Of a DNA stretch of 64,000 nt, positions 50,886 to 62,100 are shown one piece after another. The notes below the pieces were generated by a model, which saw only the letters and a program-made list of their open reading frames with translations, did no database searches and was not told the origin of the DNA. The number at the start of each line of letters is the position of its first letter. Position 1 is the stretch's first letter. Position numbers and translations under genes: made by a program. The DNA comes from Marsupella aquatica (taxonomy: Eukaryota; Plantae; Marchantiophyta): NCBI GenBank assembly GCA_973895155.1, contig OZ316896.1:23331722-23395721 (forward strand), in the 5' to 3' direction.

Positions 50886-52672
50886 GCTTCACCATGGCTT
50901 CAGGCAATCTAAACACTGGCAGCTTGATGTCTTGTAAAGTCGCCCTCAGACAAAACAAATAGTCACCCTTAGACTCAATATCCACCGGACATGTATTTCA
51001 CTCAGAGAACACTTCCAGCCAACCATTTTATTCGGGGCAAATTTGCCAAAATCATACCTAGAATGCAAATTCATATAAATGTGAAAAATTGGGACCATTT
51101 GCAAACACAAATCCATGACCATTCACGATCTTAACTGAAATTTACATCATCGGGAAGATCGGACTGTAGGGATAAAGTCAGTAGTTGCAAAGGTCGGAGC
51201 TCCCATGCAAGGTAGACAGTGGTCACTTAGCCTCCCCTTGAAGCAATACGAAATGGCTGCGCTCAACTGAGGGACCTGACAGGTGTAAGTAAACCTCAAC
51301 GTGACTCATTGGGGGTGTCAACTTTTCGTGTAGATAGGGTAGGTTCCCACCAAAAGTTAGTGATAGTTAGCTTAGTGGGAGTTAACTATTATGAATTATA
51401 GAAAGTTAATTTTACAAATATTAACTATTCCCGACGTGTTCCAACCAGATTTTTGGCCTAACTCGGTTAGATCAATTTTTGTTTTTGTTTTTTACGAAGG
51501 GTGAAAAATGTAACATTACCGTCAATTCTATGGTAATTTACCGTGCTCACTCTCCCGTCTATCCTCCTTTGGTACCCCTTTGATGATAAATCTACGCGTA
51601 TTTTGGATGTGACAAGTCACGAGCACGAGGCTGTATTGTGGCGAGAGAGTTCAGTGGATCATCGGCATTTCTCGTTGCTTTGTATCATTCTATAGCTCTC
51701 TCTCCCTCTGTCTCTCTAGAAAGAGAAATGGAATTGCAGAAAGGCAGGAATCGGATGTGACAAGTCACGAGCACGAGTTTGTATTGCGGCGAAGTAGAGT
51801 CAAGTGGATCCTCGGCGTTTCTCTCGATCGGAGGGAGGGATGGATGGGCGGACGGGCAGATGGGTGGACTGACTGACTGGTAAGCACTTCGTGTTTGGCG
51901 AGAATCATTCTCAGGCAATTCGAAGCAATTCCCCTAAATGTGTTTGTCGGTGTCCCGTTTTTTGCCTTGAAAACCGGAGGACGATCCACGATGGGTGTCC
52001 TGTTTCCATTTTGCAGCTGTATAGAGTCCGTGTATATTTGAAGCTCGCGTGATTGCTTGTTGTTGCTGTGCAGTACTGGTTGTTCGAGCTACCGCCACTC
52101 TCCCGCCTATCCTCCTTTGGTACCCCTTTGATGAGAACAGTGTTGTACTTGAGCAGTGTTGGAGGAGTGGGGTTCTGAGGAATTGGAGTGATCGACGAGT
52201 GCAAGATGCAAAATCTGTGCTGCTTGCCGGAGGGATTTGGTTACTGTTCAAAATCTGCTCTGAGGAAAGTGATTGTCTATGTCTTCGTTAACCAATTGTG
52301 ACATTTCTATTCGACAAGTGACAATTGTTTGAATGACTTGGTTGTTTTTGTGAGAAGTGTCGCAGCTGAAGCTATGGAATCCAATGCTTCAGGAAGATAA
52401 GGCGCAGAGGCTTCAGGCTTCAGAGGAAGCAAAACATGAGAAGAGGGCAATGGAGGAGAAATGAAAAAGCAAGCAATGCACTCCGAGACGAAGAGAAAAA
52501 CTTCAAGTAGAGGAACTGAAGGTGAGAGGTGCCGGGAAGTGCGTACTGCAAACAGCACAGGCCAGGCCAGACCGCTGGTAAGATGCGTTCCAATCTGCTC
52601 GGGGCAGGCACTCTCTCCTTTAGATCAGCAGTTTGAGTCCCGATTGTTTCAAAGGATAAACAGACAGCCGCA

Positions 52673-53361
52673 ATGGTGGCTACCGCTATGCAAAAGAATG
52701 GGCGGCACCCATCTTCCTCATCTTTGTCGTCCAAGTTGCTGTCCATGAATGCAGAGCTTACTAGATTGCCTTCTTGGAATGCAGAGTCTGCCAGGTTGCC
52801 GTCTTTAAATGTTGAGCCAGCTCGGTTGTCATCCTTGAATGTCCAGTGTACTGCTAAAAGTGGTCCTCAAATTTCAACTCATGCTTTTAGCTTGGGTAAT
52901 AGACCTGCTGATGTGCAACAAGGAAGAATTGGTCATAGTGTGCCATGCAATGGAACACCTTGCTCCAGAGCAATTGAAAAGGAAGAAGATTTGGGGTCGA
53001 TGTCTTATGACATTTCTCCTTACAATTAAAGGATCCTCAGATGATGAGTCGGAGGATGAGACAAGGCCTGCAAAACACATTCCTTCCTGGGCCAGGAAAG
53101 AAAATTTGGAGCCTCATCTGCTCAAGCAGTTACACTAGACCCAAACGAGATATTCTCTGGTTGGAAAACCTGCAGCCTAAAAGAAGTCTTTGGAAAACAG
53201 GATCCAAGAAGATTGAGGACTTCGGTAAGCGCAGTGGTAGTGGAGACTGGTTCCGAGATCGAGTGTCTTGGAAGGAGGAGGTCCAGTACAAAATTGAGAT
53301 GGGTTATGTCCAGCACACAAATCCTAGCTTAGTACCATGTCGTCATTGGCTTTCGCTGTGA
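52673..53361 (+). pseudogene. INCENP: INCENP-like C-terminus (IN-box), with stop and frameshifts
   Basis: SYDISPY...SSDDESEDE...KHIPSWARKENLEPHLLKQLH*DPNEIF...LKEVF...KRSGSGDW. Confidence 0.72.
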
Positions 53362-54348
53362 GTAGTTTAACTAATCGACTTACCATAGCGGCAACAATCT
53401 CTAAAGCTTACAAAAAAATTCTGGGCAGTACACATGTGGCATTTACTGTCCAAAAGACTAATGTTGCTCAAATTTACTTTCTGCTGGCCAGGCTCAGCAC
53501 TCATTTTTCCTGTAACATGTGGAGGAAAGGACCCTCTTTAACGCCAAGGTGTCTCACAATTTGACATCTGTGCTATGGGTTCCAGAGAATTTAATTTATT
53601 TTCCATGACTTAGTTGTTGTTCCCAGAGATTATAGTTGTGCACCCTAGTGGCATTGATTTACTCACAACGTGAGAATCGCTTGAAGGAGGGAGGTTGTAA
53701 TTTAGGAACTACCCAAGAAAATTCATGAAGATTCAATTTGTCTCATATCCTGATCTCCATGGCTTTTTCCAAAATTCAGCTCCATGGGATTATGGTGTAT
53801 ATTGCAGAAGTCATTTGATGTGGACATGGACCAAGTCTTTGTATTACAGTCAATGTGCCTTGTCGGCAATCATCTTGAATGTATTGCTGTGCATGCAGCC
53901 TGCCTGGAGGACTGCATGAGGTGAGTTCAAAGAGTCCCCCCAGACCACAATGATGAAAATGGTAGCGAGATGTGAGAAACAGGGGAACTTGAGAGTGAAA
54001 AGTGGGACTGTGGAGTGAAAGCAATTACTGTCCAGAATTTTGTCTATATCCCACATACTTTTGAGAAAGCTAAACTCATTGATCATAAACCAGTGTCATG
54101 GCACGTATCCTCTACTCGTTCTAAGGAAAAGTTGTATTTGCTGTGTGGCTGTGCAGGTTCAATATAATACTGACTTAGAGAAATGAGATGTCCACTGGTC
54201 GAAATCCGTATACTTAAAACAATGCTATAGCTGGGAGGTACTACCTTGAGATCACTCATATATCTCTGCTTTTGTTTAGAGTTCACTATAAATTAATCAT
54301 AGTAAAGGATTCAATTCATGAGAATGTCACTGTTTGTACAGGAGGTAG

Positions 54349-55756
54349 ATGGATCCGGATGACACTTTGGCAGAGGATGAATCAGTGGTCCTTTGCCAGT
54401 TCATGTTGGTTGCACTTCAGACTTTCAATCACTTTCCTCAACTCCTTGGTCTTCCTTCAGGGAACAACAGGGTTTCCAGCTCTTTGTCCACTGGTGTGGA
54501 AGAGGAGGTGGAGGAGGACCTGAATCACTTTCTCATTGCCCGGAACTTATGCCTGCGATGGCTTGTTTATGAATGATGTCTTGGATAACTACAGCGATGG
54601 TCACAAGTGGTGGGTGAAACCAAGAAGCACAGCTTGGTTTTATGAATTTCTTATGGGCTACTATGGAGATGATAGATGGTTGGAGAACATGCGTATGACC
54701 AGGTCTACTTTTGGTGAGCTATGTGAGCTTCTGGGGCCATCAATTGTCAAGCACGACACGAATTACAGGAGAGCTATTCCTGTCTTTGCCGGAGTAGGAG
54801 CTGCCATTTACAAACTCACATCTGGTGATGGTTTTGGAAAAGTTTCTGAGAAGTTTGCAATGGGAAAAACTTCTGTTAGGAGAGTGCTTCATGAGGTTTG
54901 TAGGGCCCTAGGTGAGCACCTAGGCCACTTGATCTCCCTTCCTATAGGGCAGGAGTTGGTGGAGGTAATGACAACCTTCCATCACTAGTGTGGCATTCCC
55001 AACATTGCAGGAGTTGTGGATGTCACACACATCTACATAGTGGCACTAAACACACCCTTTTACAAAGACTACTACAAGTTAAGGAGCTATTCGATTTGTT
55101 TACAAGCAGTGTGTGATGCATCTTGGAGGTTCCGAGACATCTATGTTGGCATGCTAGGGTCAGTGAACGACACTAGAGTTCTCAAGTACTCGTCTCTTTG
55201 GGATCGTGCATGCAGACACCAGATCTTCAACGAGGATCCCATGGCTCTCCCTTGGAGAGTTCCCATTCAGCCTTTCATCCTGGGAGACCTGGGGTACCCA
55301 GTAATGTCATGGCTTATCATTCCTATCCGGCATCTAGATGCGCATGGATATCTCACTAGGGAAGAGGGACGGTTTAACAAACATCACAAACAAGGCAGAC
55401 GTCATGTTGAGCAGACGTTTGGACTTTTGAAGAAAGTTTTTCAAGAGCTGGGCGGGAGGACAGAGCTGAATGTTGTAGACCTTCCTATGGTTGTCAGAGC
55501 ATGCTGCATTCTGCAGAACTTTATGATTGACAAACAAGAGAACGACTTTGTTGCAATTCTAAGAGACTGGGAAGTTGAGGTGGCAGCAAGAGGCGAGGAT
55601 GAGCACGAAGAGGAGGACGTGCCCATTCAAGAGCAGATTGAGGGTAGGATACACAGGAACCTGGTGGATGAGGAGTTGGTTGGGTTGAACTCCACTCAGA
55701 CGCTTGTTGTTTATTTGGACGCCACAAGGAGACGGCAAGCCCAAAGAAACCTTTGA
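54349..55756 (+). pseudogene. PIF/Harbinger DDE transposase (DDE_Tnp_4/HARBI1-like), frameshift plus stop
   Basis: WWVKPRS, RMTRSTF, GVVDVTHI, LQAVCD, GSVND, LGDLGYP, VEQTFGLLK, CCILQN. TIRs and the Myb partner were not identified. Confidence 0.88.
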
Positions 55757-56422
55757 TCATTTGGCAGCGCTGCACTGTCCGCAAATAGTCACCAAGTATA
55801 CCACCTCTTTCAAGACCTGCTTAGCCTATTGAATGGAAGAGGTTGTCATGCTTATCAGGACGCATCCTCATCTAATTTTTTGTCACTGGTTTACTTGCTT
55901 TGTGCTGTGCAGGACACCTATGAATGGAGTAATAGGTTCACTCAGTTGCTCACCTGTTGATTGTGCTCTGGCTCAATTTGCGACTGTTGCTTCATGGCCG
56001 CCGAGAATCTCACTTCGCCATTCCTTCGTAGTCAGTTAATCTTACTTTCACAATCATTTGTAGTCAATCACTACCATAGCCACCGCCTCACAAACTAGAT
56101 TAGACTAGATGAGACTAGACAAGACGAGAGTAGGCTAGACTTGACTAGAAACAAATCTGAAAATGATTTTCCGATTCGTTGGCAGCACTGCTTCACGCCT
56201 AGACTGGAAAGAAATCTCCCTTTCACATTAGTTGTCACCAATGCTTCACTGCACCGACTAGAGTAGAAAGAAATCTAACTTTCATAGTCGTTGTCACATT
56301 TGTTGGACAGTCACTATGCTTGCTTCAAAGCCTAGAATTGGGTTTTTGACATTGGTAGTGAGATTGGAACGACTGTCTCACATGTCAACTAAGTGTTGAT
56401 TATCATAGGTGACATATCGTTT

Positions 56423-56965
56423 TCAAATAACTAGAAATTCTAGGCACTCTACCTCATCCTTAGTCGGTGCATTGATGCGAACATTCAAACTTCTAGAACG
56501 AACAACTTCAATGACTTTTGATGTGCTGTTACAACACAGAATCAGTCTGCAAGCCCAACTATATTTTTCCATTGTCCACCGAAGAGAATGTTGAGCCTCT
56601 TTTGATAGTTTATCAACCTCATTTAGCACGACAACTGCAACCTGACAAATACTTCATGAGCACGGGCTAGTTTCTGAGCCCTCGAAAGGTAGGGGAAAGA
56701 AGAAAAAAGTGAACTGACATTGCTGTACAAATATGCCAAGTCTCTCGACCCAAATCCACCAATGTAGGCCTCTAACAAAGCTAATCGTAAGTGCTCGAAG
56801 CTACTCAATACTAAGCAACCAAAAGTCTGTCCTGGATGACATTGTAAGGTTCTTCGCACAAACTGAGACTAAACAACGTGAATTGCAATCAACATTGGAC
56901 TTTTATAAGACCTTTGAAGCTCTTTATCCCACTGACATCTACGTGCCTATTTTTTGGCATCTCAA
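56423..56965 (-). pseudogene. RFC3: Replication factor C small subunit (human RFC3 / yeast RFC5 type) internal fragment, two exons
   Basis: EMPKNRHVDVSGIKSFK, intron, VVLNEVDKLSKEAQHSLRWTMEKYSWACRLILCCNSTSKVIEVVRSRSLNVRINAPT; conserved residues substituted; rest of the gene not found. Confidence 0.8.
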
Positions 56966-58159
56966 TCAACTTGGGACCCATTGTAATCATCTCAAACATG
57001 ATTTTTGTTGGGGATTCACAATGGGTCCCAAGTTGAACATTTCGAGCATAAGCAGTTGGATGACTATGGGGTTTCTTAACAAGAAGAAAATTGAATGGAG
57101 AGGATTGTCCTGAAGCGCTCCACTGTTTATGGCTCTGCAACTACAATATTTGCAATCGCTTGGATCTGAAGCCTAAATCCTATACACTCTAAAAACAAGG
57201 AAGAATTTTGTTTCCCTGTGTTGTACAAGTCTGTGTAAGCATATGTAAATTGTGAATTGATTGCAAATACCATTGACTGCTGTCAAGTTACTTGGACTCA
57301 ATTGCAATCGATAGGGAGGAGCACTTGCAAATTTACAGTTTCAAGCCTCTCGATTTGAGGGAGTGGAGTGGTCTTGATGTAAATTGACAATGGTAAGGCA
57401 TCGCCCAGTGCTCCACATGGCAAAGCACTAGCTTCTCCTTTGTCAAACCCATCTGCTAGGAACACCTGCAGTGATCGCGATGCAAGTGCAGTTAATGAGT
57501 GGAAACAATATAATACACCAAAACGCATCAAAGTAATGGAATTTGGAGATTGCAAACTGATGGTATAAATGATGCACCTGTGTGACACCTGTTCATTAAT
57601 TGCTTTGCAGGGTTCAATTTTTGACCGGAAGATGTGTTGTTACGAGTTGGGTACGAGAGCACCAAGGATAGAACAAGAAAAGAAAATATCTTACAATTCG
57701 TGTAACTGTCGAGAGTATTTGTCACAGATGGCTGGCCTTTTTTAATGCATTTCCTAGACTTCAAAATAATGCGAACCGTGAAGCCAAAGGTAGGTTGAAG
57801 GAGGGCCAGACAAGTAATGACAATCTCCTTTACCAATCTGCCAAAAATTCCAATTTACATAAGTGGTGAATCAATGGAGCACAAAATATCGAAAGAGAAG
57901 AAAGGGGATTGAACAAAAGCCAGAGAAGTGAGCCAAAAAAAATGGAAAAAATGGAGCAGAGCGTTATGAAGGGGGGAAGATAATTCCCGCGGATGAGAAA
58001 TCCATTAGTTGACAACATTTAGGCTTCTCATGAAGCTTATGAATCTCGTATGAGAACAAGTTTGAAGATGGACATCCATCCACATAATGGACTAAAGCTT
58101 ATTGCTCACCAACAAAAATATTATAGAAGTGACTTATAGTAGAAGTTCCGGACGCTCCC

Positions 58160-59153
58160 TGTGATGCCACCGGTACGGCGGGTAATGAGTGATTCGGTCT
58201 AACTGCGCTTAACACGCGCGTTAGGGGTATCTTAGACCGCTATTATTAGCATAACGACAATATTTAGGTAGCCATTATAAGTAGGAATCATTAGTCAATA
58301 AGGGGATTCATGTTCGGTCTGGTGGCGGGTCGCCATTCCGCACGCCCGGGTTGCGAGCGTGAATGGGCCCCTTTTTCCCCTCCTCCCTCGGGTCCGTATA
58401 ACAAACTTCAGGAGGCGGCCACTGACACGCGCTGACTCGGACCGGCGGAGTGGCCGGTACTCTGCAAGCGTGAAAGGTTCGGCCTATAAGCAACGATGAG
58501 GCGTCGGGCGATCGATGAGCTCTCAGGGTATAAAAGGGGGGTCGATCCTTTGCAGTGCACCAGTTCTTCAGTCCACGCGCTAGCTTCGACCCCAGCTCTC
58601 TCGTTCTTTCTTAGTCGCCACTGCTATCTCCTCTGAATGTCGCACACAATCCTTTCTAATTTGGCCGTTTGATTCTAGACGCAGTTCCTGTCTACCGGAG
58701 GGCACTTGGCCGATTCATTGAAATACGCCAACCCGCGGCAATACGAAATCGAACGCAAATATGAGAGAGCCATCCGCCTAGCAGGCCGCCACCACTATCT
58801 CCTTAACTTTGGATACCCGTCCCAGAGCGAGCTTTACCGACCCGAAGAGATATCAGAGTACTTCTTTGACAGCGGCAAATATATTGGCTTCTGGGAAGCG
58901 TTACTTCGGCTTCTGGACGCGGTCTTCTCTATCCCGGGCACGATTGATTTACAGCGGCACCATTTTGACCACATCCCTGCTTGGGTCCAGGCCATCATTA
59001 ACAGCGAGTTCAGCACTACTCGGGCAACAAGACCGTCTATGTCTACTTTGGAAGACCTCCATCGGCACCTGCAGAACTTCATGGGAACCTGACCATCAAC
59101 CAACGTGGCCAACTCAGCCGTGCCCGAGCCCGTGCCCGTACCCGCACCGACAC
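58160..59153 (+). mobile_element. Family-2 LTR-like repeat, copy 2 (interrupted by family-1 LTR E)
   Basis: Starts TGTGATGCCACCGGTAC; TATAAAAGGGGG at ~58529; homologous to the reverse complement of 21128-22111. Confidence 0.75.
58637..59153 (+). pseudogene. Family-2 ORF copy with premature stops
   Basis: ATG at 58637 (MSHTILS) in frame with ORF 58706..59092; frame continues into PVPVPAPT up to the LTR. Confidence 0.6.
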
Positions 59154-62100
59154 TGTGGTGCGTCCCATGGCTCCCTAAACCCAAGAAACCCCCCAGCTCA
59201 AGCCGATTCCCGCAGGTTTCGCGCTTGGCGAGGCCGTTTCCGCGGCTTAGCGGCATGGGACGCTGCTAACCTCTACTACTACTGTTAACATTTTACACAC
59301 ATATACTGGACAGATCCTTCATCGGGTCATGAGATACGTAGCCGGCCTAATCTAGGCCTTCCCCTGTCTTCCCCTCCGTCTTGTTAGGTATGTTTGGATT
59401 CCGCGGCCGGAATGATCCCCAATAGGCTTGGTTAAGCCGCTAAGACCTCTCTCAGCTCGACACATCCAACTCTCACTCCCCTGCTTACTTTCCTTCCTTC
59501 TGGTTGATGTGGGCACTCTTCACACAAGTTAATGCGACACACAAATAACAAAATGACTCATTCTGACTGAGTCATACCATGCACTTGCCATATAAACAGT
59601 ACATCTCATACACAAGCTCTGCGAACTAAGCCGTGAGGCCAACTCTATTCAGCTCTTAGGCATGAGGAAACATGAATATACACAAGGGTCACTGTATGAC
59701 TAACCGAGAGCTTCTCGTACTACTTGATCCCAGCCCGGCTGGTGCAAACTAAAAACTTGCTAAAGAAGAGGCCCTGAGCTCCCCGCTGCCCAGGTACTTA
59801 TCCTGGTAGTGGATCCGCCATTCTTTGCATCGTAAGCCTAATCTACCTAACAGTAATCTACTTGCCCGAATCTACCTATGTACAGCAAGGCAGGAGCACA
59901 AGTGTTGCTCCTACCAGTGGAACCGCAATCTCACTAAGCTAAGTGTCAGGGCCGCTCCTGGTCCTGATCCTAATCCTAAACTTGGAGATCAGCGCCCGCC
60001 CTGCCCACTCACGCCTCCTCCCTCCACGTCCGCCCTCCCTAAAAGGAACGGCGCCCTTGCACCGTCACGACACCGGTGGAGGATCCTTAATGGACGCCCC
60101 CAACGCTTCCTCCTCAGCCACTGCCGTAGGTTCATTCTCTGACAGATTACCTGCCCTTGACTGAGTCAACTCTCCATCGGCCTGACTGGGTCCACCATCG
60201 GCGTCGGCATCGGCTCGGGAATCGGTTACGGCCTCAGCCTCGGCTACGGTCTCCCCGGCCTGCTCAAGAGGCGGATCTGGAATACCGGCCTCATTACTGA
60301 GTAGTTCGGCTTGGGCCGCACCACCCCCACCTGTGATGATAGCGGGATCTATTGCCGTATTCATGCCGGAGGATGGTGCTGGTTCTACCTCCTTGGTCAC
60401 CACGGCTTGTGGAGTCGGATTACTCCTTGACCCTGAAGGTTTCCGCTTTTTCTTCTTTTCTGGTTCGGCAGCTGGTCCCTTCCCCTTCCCACTTACTTCC
60501 GGCACTGGTGCAGGTGGCGCGGCTTTTTCTTTGGCCAGTACCACTCCTGGTAACTTGGTTGCCCCAATTGGAGTTGGGCCTGATGAAGACAAGCACTTAA
60601 ATACTGCGGCTTGTTTCTTCAACCGCTCCGTTTGGTTGTCGGCCCGCCGCTGGAGGTTCTCCATCTTCCTCGTGATTTCCTCCAACTCCTCCTGGGTCTC
60701 ATCCAGGTCCTTGCGTGCCTCCTCTAGTTCCTTTTGGGCTTCCTCCCGTTCTTGTTTCAAGGTAGTCCTCTCCTCCCGGGTTGCTCTTAGCTCCTTGTCG
60801 AGCTCTGCAATGATGACAGACTCCATCTGGTTCATCTTGGCGTAAGTCTGTTCGAGCATCTCGTCCTTCTCCCTTAGGTCGGCCTTGAAGCTGGCCGTCA
60901 GGGACGCAAGCTCCTGCTGCAGCGCCATAATCCCTTGATAGGATTTCCCTAACTCGGCCTCCTTCTGCTCAAGGGCTCCATGGATTTTCTCGAGCTCCCC
61001 CTTCAACGCCCATTCCTTTCTTTGGGTCTCCGCCATGGCCCGGTTGTTGGCTGTTATGTGGGCCTCCTCTGTATTCTTCAGCTCTTGCTTCCACTTCTCC
61101 CTCTCTTTGATCGTGTCGGCCAACTCTCCCTGCGTCTGAGTCAGTTTATCCTTGATATTCTGATTATCAGCCTGCGCGGTGTCCAACTGCCCCTGCATGA
61201 TGTTCAGCTCATGTCGTTTAATCCGCAGTTCATCTTGGGCTTTCTTGGCCGCCCTTAGATCTTCAATCTCGGCTTCCATCCTCCTAAGCCGTCGAATGAC
61301 CTCGTCCTTCTTGCTTCTCTCTAAAGCCACCGCTTCTTCTAATTGGTGCTTCTCCAACTGCTCCCTATGGAAAAAGGGTCCTACCTCCAACTCCTCTCCA
61401 AAGATGCCGAGCGCAAGTTCCCCACACATCTCACCATACTCCATGGCTCTATTCTTAGCGTAGGTGGAGTAAGTAGAAGTGATCGGCATCGCCCATCGCG
61501 GCCTCTGGTCCCAAGCCGTCTTGCGGATCTCTTCAATCGTGGCTAGAGGTTTGCTTCCTTTTTTGGCTAGCCGCCTGATGTCCTCCGGCCAATCTCCTCT
61601 TGGTAAATCCTTTTCCCTAGCCAGGGCTGCCTCCTCTTCCTGCCTGATTCGCTCCTGAAATTCCTGCACCGTCTGTTTTATGCCGTCGAAGCTCGGGGGA
61701 GCAACATCTGGTGGGGGAGACTCAGGGCTACTTTGCTGGTTGGGGTCCCCTCGCACTACCCTTGGGAGTGTGGGGACAAACCGGCCACAGGTCCTTACTC
61801 CTGGAACGTGATGGTCCGACCCATAGCCGGAATTATCATGGCTGCAGTCCTCCACTGCCTCCTCTACTTCTTGGACGTCCGGCTTCTCCCTCTCTTCTTC
61901 GTCGGTAGGAGCTTCAGGCAATTCTACCTCAGATTCGGAGCTTGAGATTCCCACATACATTCGAACACCTGGCTTGGATTCCGGCCTGATTCTCTCCTTG
62001 TCTCCAGCAAAGGGGTTTTCTCTTGTGAGCCGGTGTAGGCCTACCTCTGTAGTAGTGTCCTGCATTGTTGCCGTTGCCGTTGTTGTTGCCGATGCCGATT

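Noticed and set aside
56095-56150. GACTAGA-type short repeats
   Set aside because: Simple degenerate repeat; could not be tied to a Harbinger terminus.
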